Origin: Eledone cirrhosa
Taxonomy: Eukaryota
NCBI GenBank assembly: GCA_964016885.1
Contig: OZ024742.1
Location: 136,338,001 to 136,402,000 of the forward strand
Reading direction: 5' to 3'
Length of the DNA: 64,000 nt
Shown: positions 51,726 through 64,000 of the stretch, one piece after another
How the letters are laid out: every line of letters begins with the position of its first letter
Position numbering within the stretch: position 1 is the stretch's first letter
Made by a program: the position numbers and the translations under genes
The notes under the pieces: model-generated
Database searches by the model: none
Told to the model about the DNA's origin: nothing
Seen by the model: only the letters and a program-made list of their open reading frames with translations

Positions 51726-54129
51726 CTTATATACTTATATATGTGTGTGTTTATGTAGCACTATCTCATTAATATCAATATAGGCAACAGGACATATTTG
51801 TAAACAAACACACATACATAAATATATATATATATTCATTCTTCTGCTTCACTAAATGGGTTCCTGGCAGGGACTGTTGCCTTACAATTTGTCCTATGTC
51901 CAAATGGATTTCTTGAGCAAATTGCAAGCACCGAGATTGGAATCATCATATCGATCTAAACCATTATTATTATTATTATTATATATACACCAATTATCCC
52001 AGTGTAATAAAGTACCAGTAATACACTGAGATAATTGCTGGCCTTGTGCCAAAAGTAGAAACAGTTATTATTATATATACACACTCACACATGAAAGTAG
52101 ATAACGATATAAGCCCCTTTAATATCCTTTTATATAAATAATTAGAGAAAGATGAAAAAAATGGGCTTTTTTTTCTGTAGAGCATTTTCTTTCTTGAAAT
52201 ATCCTGTATTTTAAATTTCATGTTGCACTATATACATATATTATGTATATATGAATATATATATATATGTGTTTGTATGTATATATATATACATACACAC
52301 ACATGCACACATACTTTATTATCTAACCCATATTCCTGCTATATGTTTTTTCTCTGTACTTGGTTTATCTAGTAAGGTACACGAGGCATACAGGTGAGCA
52401 AGCTAGTCTAATAATGCATGATAAAAGACTTCATTTGTTTTTTTTTTTACCATTTCAAGATATGTGCTAGTATGCCAAATCTCTCCCTTTGTTTTCTCTA
52501 CATCTCTCTCTTCCCCGATTCTCACTCTCCTTTTGATTTCCCTCATGTACTACTCTGTTTTTCTTTTTTCCAACAACCATTAGTATTTCCATTCATATTT
52601 CAATCCATAAATTTGAGATATTCAAACAAATTTTAAAACTTTTAAATGCCTTACTAATGTGTATATATATAAACTCAAACATATGTACATATGTATATGT
52701 AATTTGTCCTTAATTTTGTTTAGCATTCATTGAATTGAGAAACATTTTCACTTTTATCAATTATCATCCACATTTTCTTTGACTTCACCAATAATTTATT
52801 ATTCTGCTAATAATTACTTTTGTAATGATAGCATAAGTGTCAGAATTATCCTATTGAAATCATTATAATTTCCCCACAGTATACTAGCTGCCACATCCAA
52901 ATGATAGAACTATGTAGAGTGCCTATCTCTTATTTTGTTTACAAGAATATCTAAAGCATAGTGCTTTTCAGGATGAGCGACATATGCACTGAGATCTTCT
53001 GTAGCAATCAGTCAGAAAATTATCATCTGAATGAGAGTGACACTTCATTCATTATTCTCTTTCTTTCAGCCCATAATGCTGATGAAATTGTTTTGAGGTG
53101 ACTGGAACCTATTGTTCTGGTGAAGGTGTAACATCTCGCACAAGAGCCTTGCTTTTATGAATGGTACTAATTTAGTGCTGTTGGAACATAGTGTATTGGC
53201 AATGGATAAATTAGATGCTCTTATGCAATTATCATGATCATCGTCATTATCAGTAGCAACAGCCTCTTCATTTAGCCCAACAACTATGTGCATGGCTGAA
53301 ATTGTTTTCTTGAGAAAGCAATCAAATCTATTTGCTTGAGAAAGATTACTTGCCTAACTTAGAAATTATCATGAGTACTGAACATTAAAAGTAATAAAAT
53401 TAAGCATCAGTTATACATTTATTACTTTTAATACATTAAAAGTAATAAAATCAGCATCAGTAATACATTTTAGGTTGGATGTCTTTAAAAATGAGACTCT
53501 TGTGTCAATGCAACTGAGCTATTATTGATAATCTTCTATTATTGTTATTCTAAACATTGCCAATTCTATTGAGAAAGCTATGAACCCAACATTTTCATTT
53601 TATTTCTCCAATAAAATTCTAATGCCTTATGCATACATAAAATCATTAATATTATTATCATTATTATTATGAGGACAGTCAAGGGATTAGAAGAATTGGT
53701 AAAGTAGTAGACTAAAAGTTTTGTGTTATTTAGTTAAATGGTTTTAAGGCTTAAATTCAGATTTATTTTTCAATCTTTAGGGGTCCATAAAATAAGTATT
53801 TAAGTACTCGGAGTTGATTAAATTGACTACAAGACACCCCCCACCAAAAAAAAAATTAATAAGAATCTGCTTATCTGAAAACTAGAAATATTAAGGGCAC
53901 TGGAGAGGGAGGAACAGTGAAAAAGTGCCTTTTGCTTCACATATGGTCTGAATTTAAATGACATTAGGAATGATTTGGTTTTCCATCCTTCCATGGATGA
54001 TAAAACCAGTACCAGTAATGTGCTAGGATCAATTCAGTTGACAATATACCTTTTATGGCTTTGTGCTGATTATGAGAAAACAATAATATTAAAAGTAGCT
54101 GATGGTGTCATAGAAAAAGTAGGGAATTT

Positions 54130-54420
54130 TGCATAATCGTATTTAAACAAGCATGCACAGATGTTGTTCAGGTCCAGTATGGACATGTGTTCAGAATGTC
54201 TCACGAAAAAATTGCTGGACAGATTTTACCGGCAAAGCCAACCAGCAGGAGACCCAAGGGTAAAGCTTGAGCAAGATGGTTGGAAAACATCCATCTGCTC
54301 AAATGGTCTCGCTATATAATATGGAGGTACTTGCTTCTGACAGAAACTGCTGGAAAACATGCTTGAGGACCCTGGTCCCACAACTCTCTCAGGAATAAGT
54401 GTGAGAAGAGGAAAAAGAAG
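54130..54420 (+). mobile_element. RTE LINE 3' end fragment
   Basis: QILPAKPTSRRPKGKA*ARWLENIH and ttgcttctgacagaaac. Homologous to 16050-16330(-). Confidence 0.65.
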
Positions 54421-57264
54421 ACTTCCAATATAATTTATTGCCTTGTGACAAACTAAGAAATAAATATCAGGGTAGTGAGTTGGTAGGATTGTTATAACAC
54501 TGGACTATCTTATATCGTTTTAGTACTGGTGCCATAATGAAATGCACTCAATATACAGTGTAAAGTGTTTGAGGATTGAACTGAGATAACATTGAATAGA
54601 GAGGATTCATTAGTTTTGTGAAAGACATGTCATAGTATATTGTGCAGATATGTTAAACTTTCACCCAGTAAATTTGTTGGCAACTGAACACTTGTTGGCA
54701 ATTGAACACAGTCAATGCACACTGTTTATGGTAGTGAGGGGTTTTTAGTCTTGTTCAGGACATGACACCCTATCTAGTGCAGGTGTCATAATTAATTGCA
54801 CCCAGTACTGTCTGCAAAATGGTCAATGCTAGGAAGACCATCAAGCCATAGAAACCTTGCCAAAATTGAATCATACATGTGTGATATTGTTTCTTGACTA
54901 GTCTAGAATGGAAGTAACCATGACCGACCTTCCAACATATGTCAGCTTAGAAAGTGAATGTAAAATAATCATTTTATATATGAATATGAAATTTATTCTA
55001 TATTCCTGCAATGTTGATAAAAATTTTAAAAATAGTTAATGCAAGAAACATATATAGGCACCTACACAATTAACATATATGAACTAATCAATAGGAATCA
55101 TAATTTATTCTCATAATATATTTTTGCTTATGACTTCAAGACAGCCACTTCTAATGAACTAAAGTACATGAATATCCAGAAAGCTCAGCTTCTCATTTTT
55201 TCAAACTTCTGTAAGAAGTGTATTATTTTTAAAATTATTATTGTTATTATTATTGATATTATATCATCATCATGATCATAAGGATGATATTATTTCATCC
55301 CTAACTATATGGATTTGTGTCAAATGTAGAAAACATTTTTATTATTGTTCTAATCCTGTTCAGGATTAACTTCATTGCAGTGGAAAAAAGTACCAGTACT
55401 TCTCCTATATATTCTGTCCTTTTACCAATGTAGAATATTATTAATGCTATTATTATCATTACTATTATTTCATTAATTCTTCTTATTTGCTGTTCATTTC
55501 TCTTCATTGCTTACTCTCTCTCTCTCTCCCTTTCCTTTTTCCATTTCTTTATCTACTCTATCTACACATTTACCTGCTTATCTTTTTCTATATATCTCTT
55601 CTACTTCTCTTTATAAAGCAATATTCTCCTTCAAAGGGACTTAAAGAGCAATTCGATTTGAAAACAAACCCCAACTCTTCTAAATATGAAATACAATTGC
55701 TTAAAAATAAAATTTAAAATAAAATGGTGCTTTACATATCAAAAGCTGGTATCAATGTTAGTTATATAGAATTAGAAAGCATTAAAATAAATGTAAATCA
55801 CTGCCCTGATTTCGTTCTTCCTATCACTCTCTCTGTGTTAGTGTCTGTCTCTGCCACTCTCCTTCCAACTCACTTTGTCTTTCACTGACTCATTCTCTTT
55901 CTCTCATCAAACTCAAAACTTCAATTTGTAGATCTATGATCAGTGAACTCCCATCGCATAGATCTATCATCAAACTAAAAAAAAAAAACCATTACATAGT
56001 TTAGATCATCTAATATATCATCAATCATAGAAGTTCAATACATCGATATATCTTCTACCAAACATAGCAGCTCAATACTTCTTTCATTAAGAATAGAACA
56101 TCATAGAGCCCATTTATCAGATCTATCTTTCATGAAACATAGAAATTCAATGCGTATCTCAATATACCATCATCTATATGAAAGGCTTACACCTAGATCT
56201 ATCTAACTTTATTTCATTTGGTCTTATTTATCTATCAATTTTTCTAACTACCTATCAATCTGTCATAAATTATGTACTCAATACATAGATCATTTATCAA
56301 ACACATAAATGATGATGATGATGATAACTACCATGGTTTGTTCAATATATATGAAACTTAGAATTTCCATTGATGTTATCTCTTCACCATCAAACATACA
56401 AGTACTCGGCACTATATAGACCTGTCTCTACAAATACCAAGCTTATGTATTTAGAAGATGCTTATCATAGAAGAAGAAACTTTTTTAATACATATACTGC
56501 TAAATTTTAAATATCAACAAACAAGATCTCTCAACTACCCTGTTAGCCTTCTAAATAGCCAAATCTAACCATGATAATATGCTAGTACTACCTGGTTTTA
56601 TTGGCACAATTCCTTTTGCTAGCAAGGCTCTTTTCTCAAGTTACTAGTAATTTCTTTATATCTAACATCAATGTAAATATGAATGTTAAGGGGTTAAATA
56701 TATAGAAAATGGAATATTCAAATCTATTTTTTCAAATCTTTTTATCTTTCATTTAAACATTCGGAAACATCTGTACAATTTAAACCTCAAAAATCAAACC
56801 ACTGTATAAATGTGTTGTGCCCATAACATAAATCTGCTTTCTACTCCTAAAGATCTTGCAGCACAAAATGCATAATGCATTGTCCAATTGAATGCAATAA
56901 CATTGTATGCCAATCGGAACAAAAACTAAGAAAAGACAAAAAAATAAATCGTCTTTTGTTTGTAGAACAGCAAGGCTACCTGCATGAATGAATTTCTTGT
57001 GTCTCTTCTTCTTTTCTCCTTCACTATTGTTATTTCTTCCTTAATTCTCTCTCTCACTCTCTCTATTCTATGGACCTGTTATTTATCTTTCTCACTATAT
57101 CTGTTCTCTTTGGTATTTTGTTTTCTTCGTTTGAACGACTACATGATTCTTTCACATAATAATACTTGAAGAATGGATTGAGATAATTCCCAGCACTTTT
57201 ACTTAGATCACCCTCTCATGCATAATTACAACCAGCCCATACTTTTCACTTGAGGCATTCACTA

Positions 57265-57545
57265 AGTCACTCATTTCTCCTTTAATGTAACTGATTAACT
57301 CTCCACTAAATTACACATTCATTCACTCCTATTTTTCACTTGAGTTGAGTCAATTAATTCACTCATTAATTGTCTACTGAATTCACCTATTCCCTCCCTC
57401 ACACATTTTACTTGAGTTGAGTGAACACTCACTCACTCATTAATTTTGTACTAAATCACATATTCCTTCACTCACACAGTTCACTTGAGTTCAATCAATT
57501 CTCTTACTCCTTGTCTACTAAATCACATATTCCTTCACTCCCACA
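57265..57545. repeat. Degenerate ~72-bp minisatellite, about 4 copies
   Basis: acttgagtt recurs at about 57338, 57410 and 57483, and ctaaatcacatattccttcactc recurs at 57451 and 57518. Confidence 0.75.
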
Positions 57546-58100
57546 TGTGTGTCAATTCTCAAACTCATTGACTGGTCAGTCTCACTCAACATGACATCAC
57601 AACCTCCAACTACCTATCAAACACTTATATTTACCTTTAGCTACTACTGTCTACCTCATCATATTGTACTAAAGTGATCTGTGCACTTTACTGAAATTTC
57701 AAAGTATAAAACTGTAGTTAAGTAGCCCATCTTTTATATGTGTGTATTTTACTCAATATGCATGTGCACATATGTATATATTTCTGTGTGTAAATGTATT
57801 GATATACATACATGCATATACTTTTTTCTTTATATACATGTATGTACTCATGCACAGATTTACATCCATATGCTGGCAAATGCACACACACACATACAAA
57901 CCAACAAAAAAACGTTTAAAAAAAATCTTCACTCTCATATCACATCATTTTATAGCTGTGACCAAAGTGTGTGTGTTTATGAGTAAGTTGAACCTAATTT
58001 TATGTGTATGCATATGAGTTAGTTTATGTGTGAGTATGTTTGTATGTGTGAAAAGAGGGAATTGTTCACTATAAAATTATTTGTTCCTTCTAACCCCCAG

Positions 58101-58466
58101 GCTGGCCTGCAGGCGCAGCACCTCCTTCTGTCATGGCTTATGGGGCCTGCCCACTGCAACAGTGCAATGCAGACCAGAGTCCAACAATGGCACCAGATGA
58201 TATGGCCGACTTCTATAACTATGCAAGCGCCGGGTCAGAAGGTGACATCGAGACAGACTACGGGATATCTTCCTCGCACCCCCGGTTCAGTCACCGGCAA
58301 AAATCAACTAATACATCACACCACCACATAGACTCTGAGAGTTCATCACTCTCCTCTTCAGCTGGCCTTGCTAGTAGCCACTTGAAAGACGCAAATGTCT
58401 GCGCGAAACTCTCTGATTCGGACGGCACCGATCAAGAAACTACTACCATACATTATGGCCATGCAG
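58101..58466 (+). CDS. TENM: Teneurin intracellular-domain exon (symmetric phase 1-1, 366 nt)
   Basis: Acceptor ccccag| and donor CAG|GTAAAA. GC/CpG-rich open frame encoding YASAGSEGDIETDYGISSSH..SSSLSSS..AKLSDSDGTDQE, resembling teneurin YSISAGSDADTE..SSCLSSR..LTLTDTEHEN. Confidence 0.8.
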
Positions 58467-58601
58467 GTAAAAAAATACAAATAAAAAATGTGTAATACAT
58501 TTTTAAAAAATTAATCTAAAAATTATTTTTAAAATAATTTTTAAAAATTCGAAAAATAAAAATAAATAAAAAAAAGTTAAGACAAAAGTTTTTTCAAAGG
58601 T

Positions 58602-58663
<62 letters not shown>
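58602..58663. repeat. (CTA)n microsatellite
   Basis: Directly visible. Confidence 0.95.
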
Positions 58664-60142
58664 ACTCCATCCTACTGCAATTAGCTTGTCCATGCTTACT
58701 ATTAATGAAGATGTGCATGGGGGCAATGAGCCATTGGTTATTTTTGCATGTTAAGTGCATGTATGTATTGATATGCATTCATACATTGAAGATGTGCACA
58801 TGTATATGTACACATATGAACACAAAACATAAATATATACCACCATGCATATATCTATCTATCTCTATATATATATGTAATATAATAATTTATAATACTT
58901 CTAAGAATACTAATACTATTACTAATGGATATCCCTCTTTTACTGCAATAAGTCATGTAACTATTTTGGATTACTTGTTACACCATAGTGTATTAATATG
59001 GCTACAAAACCTGCTTATATTGATGCTGAAATGCTCCTTCTCTTTGTTATCTCAGATACTGGTCTGCACACTACTAATACTGCATTACTGCTGCTGCTAC
59101 TACTACTACAACCACTGTCACTACTATTACTACTATTTCAAGCTCCATTACCACCCCTATCACTACTACCACCACCAACACCAAGTCAAATTCTGCCGTC
59201 CACAAAATTTGGGTCCACAAAAAAAAGTAGCAGTAAATAATGAGATAGATTTAATGTTTGGGTTTGTGCCATTCTTATAACACAATATTTATTACAAATG
59301 CCACAGAAACGTTTTTGTTGGCTCTGCTCTCATATCTTTACAAAATATGAAAATAGAGTTGCCACAATGCAGATAACTATAGTAATAATTATATAACTCA
59401 AGTAACATACCCCTGGATGCATAAAAAAGAGAAATGAGGCATCTCTTTTTTTTTTGTCTTCTCCAGAGATACTTTACCCAATTTATTCAACTAATATTTA
59501 TAAATTTTGAATTATTATTATTATAGTTACTTGTATTATGGTGACTATATTTTCAAATTAGAAATTTCCCAATACTTCAGAAGTCAACCATATTAATTCA
59601 AAAATAGTTTACACTGCTCTTAATTTCCTATTATTTGTGTACTTGTTGGTGGTTTTGTTGATGTTACTAGTGCAATTGCCATTTATGTTGTTGTTACTGC
59701 ACACTGTAATCTGCAGTTTTTTAATATATCATGGCAAACAACCCCGCCAGTTTTTTCTAACCTGAAACAAATACCACTACTACTACTACCACCATTGTTG
59801 CTGCTACAATTACCATTGTCATATGTGGTCATTTGACTGCAAGATATAGTAATCAAATCACTCACTTACTATACCTTACCATAATAAAAATGGACAGACA
59901 CTGGATGCTATATTTATATACATACATATATATATATATCCTGTCCCATCCAGGGCCTCCTCACTCCTGTCAGAGGAATCCCCCCCTGGTTGAACTCCAC
60001 CACTTTCTGTTTGGCTTTGGTCATATCAGGTGTGTGTCTGTCTTCACTACACTTAGCTAATTGTGGTTTGGTGAGGCTACTTAACCCATAGTTGGGTGGA
60101 TGGCTGTTGGCTCTGATACATCCATCCATCCTATTATATATA

Positions 60143-60185
<43 letters not shown>

Positions 60186-60400
60186 TATACACACAAATGG
60201 AAGTTCAGCATAATCGAAGCTCTGGCTGCAGCTAAGCTAATGAATGCAATCGGAATGTGCAGCTAAGCACTCAATAAGTATTTTACCTTAGAGTAATAAC
60301 ATTACGTTTAGACAGCTTTGCAAATTGAAGATTGCGACCAGTAAGCCAGCCGCAAGGATCAAAGCAACGAGAAAACCGGCACCGGATAATATATATATAT

Positions 60401-60578
60401 CAGAATGGAAGTGGTAAAATCGGTTAGACCATTACTCATGAGAGTACTCAATACTTGGGTTAGTAGAGTGGGTAATATGAAAAATTTGGGACCCCAACAG
60501 CTGAGTTCATGCCATTTCAACAGCTAGACCTGAATAGTTCTGATCTAGCTGTTGAAACTGCAGGAGCTCAGCCGAACT

Positions 60579-60584
<6 letters not shown>
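60401..60584. repeat. Second copy of the (TA)n-embedded hairpin element, opposite orientation
   Basis: gtactcaatacttgggttagtagagtgggtaat matches the reverse complement of about 6427-6459. An imperfect hairpin spans 60476-60584. Confidence 0.8.
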
Positions 60585-60636
<52 letters not shown>

Positions 60637-60719
60637 TAGTTAAATGTTTAACTACAGTTACAGGTGGTGCACCCTTCGATTGTAAGATGCCAATAAAGTT
60701 TATATATATGCTGCAACGG

Positions 60720-60940
60720 TGACTTTGATCCTATTGTCTGTATGCAGTTGCTTGACTCACGAGAAATAACAAAATCACCTTCAAGTCCCCATACTGTCTT
60801 AAAATAAGAATGGCACAGTTGCTAGTGTAGTCCAAAATATGCTGTATGTAAAAGTCAACAGCATATTAAAGTTAGCATGTATGGTCATAGGTCTGCATGG
60901 TTACATTTGATTTGCCCTCAGCTAAGCAAGAACAAAACAA
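60720..60940 (+). mobile_element. Old SINE-like repeat ending in an (AAC)-rich tail
   Basis: Homologous segments at 63725-63915(+), 32715-32790(-) and about 20215-20330(-). Confidence 0.45.
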
Positions 60941-62944
60941 TACCAAAAAATGGAAAAGAGCAATAACTGCCTCTACATTTGCAAATGTTACTGCTACTGC
61001 TAGAGCATGTCTTTCACTCTCTCCCTCCTTCTCTCCCACTCTCTAATCTTGTTTTAGTCTTTTTGTTTCAGTTGTTTTTATTTCTGTCTATAATAACACT
61101 CATGTTAATATGTCTAACACCACCACAAACAATAATAGCAACCTTCCACCCCATCACTAGCAACAATGCCCCCCCCCCCACACACACACACACACAATAA
61201 ACATCAATTAATAAATAACATCAACTACTATGCTGAGAACAGCTCCATGAACAGTAACTTATTAACACCATTAATACTATCATTACTACTCCTATAAACA
61301 AAAATATATATAATTCTAACAAATCTATCACATCTGCTTCAGCCTCTATCGCTACTACTAATATGCTACTATTACACACAACAAATATATTCCAAGCTGC
61401 TATCATCTTCTATGCCATTGTCTCCTGAATACCAACATTGGTGTTATGTTCTGCTTTCATTAAATGCAGAAAATAGATATATTTTTCACTGCATAAAACG
61501 CTATTCGATTGTAGCTATCATTCTCAAATGACTTGGTGACTATTTCTGACAAACATATAATTGGAGATAAGTGGAATTAGGTGTACTGCCCATATACTCA
61601 AAGGTATTACTGCAGTGAATTTGAATTAATCAACCCCCATTTTCACTCAACCACTTCAATTTATTTGATCTTAGGCTATAACAATTATATTATATATCTC
61701 ATGAAATGCATTCAGCTTGATTAAGACAAGATGTCCCTTGCTATTAAGTTTATGTAGCCATAATTTAGAACTAGAAAGAGGCTTATATATGAATTCTAAT
61801 CCTGCTAGAATTAGAAGCTAAATCACCCTAACATCTACCAAGAGATTAAGAAAGCTGTCAGAAAGCTTCTCTATAGTTTTGCAATCAAATTACTCTCAAC
61901 AAATTGTATTTAGAAAAACAAAATGGAATAGCATACTTAGAGGCGTAAATTTACAAATTAGATCATAATTCTAGAAAATATCAGAGATGATCATAACATT
62001 CAATTTTGTAAATCACAAGCCAGCATGGGAGCTGCTAGATAGCTGTTTAGCTTTTAAAATATAGTATTTAGAATTTACTACTAAACAATGTATGTCCAGG
62101 CAGTCTTCAAAATAGAAACCATATGTTTAACCATATGTTTAGTACAGCTTGTATACAATAGAGCTGTCATGGCTAGTGTGAGAACATGGGATCAGTTGGT
62201 GAACCTTTCTCTTAAGTAATATATTGGATATTTTATTTCTATTTGTTAAGGATTTTTGGTCATCGTATCCCTTTTTGCGACTTATCAAATAGAGGGGCAT
62301 GTGGCTACTCTCACACAGATGGTTGTTGTTGATTGGTATATACAACAGACACTGAATATTTTTACAACGAAATCCAGAAAAAGGCTTATTGTTTCTCAAA
62401 CCTGCGTCAACCATTTGGACTATCATTTGACACAGCAGGCATTTTGTGATGGTAACATAGATTATCTGATGTACAAAATCACAAAATGGTAAAAAAAACA
62501 ACTAAAAATCAGAAGAAACCAACACCATCAGCCACCATTTTATAGTTATTTACAGGAGTTTACCTTGTGGGCCACATGACAGATACCAAATTGAGCATGA
62601 GGTCCTTTTTAAAGCAATATTTTGCAATTGGATGCCCTTCCTTGCACCATCTCTTTTACTTACCTCTTATGACAAGACATACAAGGAACTTGAATACAAA
62701 AAAAAAATAAAAACATAAATGTAAACATCAATACCAACAAAATCCCCATAGTCACTTGTTGAATGAAACAAGAAAAAAAAAAGCCTAACAAATGGGATAT
62801 GCAAATAGTAGTTTGGCTATATTATATCATGTTAATGCTGCTAAATCTTTGCCCAATGTAAATTTATTAGTCATATTTAAAAATTACTGCTTCGCTTTAG
62901 AAATATCCTTGATTGGCTAAACAATGGTTTGAATTTTCACCATC

Positions 62945-63113
62945 ATTTTATTTTATTTTATTTTATTTTATTTTATTTTATTTTATTTTTTATTTTATTT
63001 TTATTTTATTTTTTATTTTATTTTTTATTTTATTTTTTTATTTTATTTTTTATTTTATTTTTTATTTTATTTTATTTTATTTTATTTTATTTTATTTTAT
63101 TTTATTTTATTTT
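62945..63113. repeat. (TTTTA)n microsatellite
   Basis: Directly visible. Confidence 0.95.
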
Positions 63114-64000
63114 AAAATTTTTTGATTTTTTTTTTTTGATTTATTATATTATTGATTTTGTTTTTTGTGCAATATTCAATTGTCTTGTCTTTTTGTTGTT
63201 TACTATCCTTCCCTTCATCCTCTTACTACTACTACTACTACTACTACTAGTACTTCCTCCTTTTCTTCTTCTTCTTCTTCTTCTTCTTCTTCTTCTTCTA
63301 ACCAGATCTTTTCCTCTTTCTTTTTCATATATGTTTACACCTATTACCTTACACTACAGAAAAGACAACCCCATACATGAAATAATACAATTCCCACCAA
63401 AATCACTAATGTTAATTTTATTTTTATATTATTTATTTATTATTATTTTTTTTATTTATTAATTAACACCTTTAAACTATACCCACGTCTATACAACATT
63501 TGTCCCAACGACAAGAGCAGTACCTGCATAGGTTATGAGGCACAATTCATTCCTTCTGATTAGAATTATATGAAAACCCATTTAAAAAGTGCCAACACCA
63601 TCACCACAAGGAATGTATATTACACTTGTTTTAATTTGTTCTTCATTTGAGTAGAATATAATACAACTAGCACAAGCATAACCTGTATCAGTGCTAGCAG
63701 CATGGCAACATGGAAGATTCTGCATTTTTACTTAACTTGCTAAAAATAGCAGCCAAATCCCCCTAAGTTCCATGTTACTCTCTAAAGAAAGAAGAGAAAT
63801 AGAGAATATTGTAGTCCATGATATGCAGATAGGCAGGATGCTCAAGGCTTGACCACATTTTAATCATAGATCTGCTCCATTAGGGCTGACCTGGGGTTAA
63901 GCAGCAACAAAAACTACAGCATATCAAATTAGACCCTTATGCTTTTAACTACATTACATTTCTCAGTAGCCAGTTGCAATACTGCCAGTTTTAATACAAA

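Noticed and set aside
53070-53097. Possible micro-exon after a strong polypyrimidine tract and AG
   Set aside because: The GTGACT donor is weak, 28 nt would shift the frame, and read-through meets TGA.
62139-62501. Overlapping ORFs as a possible next teneurin exon
   Set aside because: There is no teneurin-like (Pro-rich or TM) sequence and no clear splice sites. It is more likely a decayed TE that I cannot identify.

Overview
AT-rich, microsatellite-dense animal DNA. The repeat content suggests a coleoid cephalopod, probably Octopus (inference). The only host gene I can support is the 5' part of a + strand teneurin. Coding exon A (6739-6916) and exon B (58101-58466) join in frame across a 51.2-kb phase-1 intron and encode the intracellular N-terminus. 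The rest is intron or flank filled with decayed retroelements (RTE, R4/Dong, CR1, I/Jockey-like, a probable Penelope GIY-YIG fragment), a Helitron helicase 3' end missed by the ORF track, tRNA/CORE SINEs, MITEs and simple repeats. The most notable non-obvious signals are: (1) four type-I hammerhead-ribozyme-like motifs, all antisense to teneurin, one apparently intact (5861-5923) and one inside a direct-repeat-flanked retrozyme-like unit (37392-37927); (2) a (TA)n-embedded element family with a long self-mirrored hairpin, including a 61-bp near-perfect stem about 200 nt upstream of the first coding exon; (3) an inverted pair of closely similar SINEs that could form long intronic dsRNA. Almost all ORF-track entries are microsatellite artefacts. 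All family assignments come from motif recognition by eye, not from database searches.
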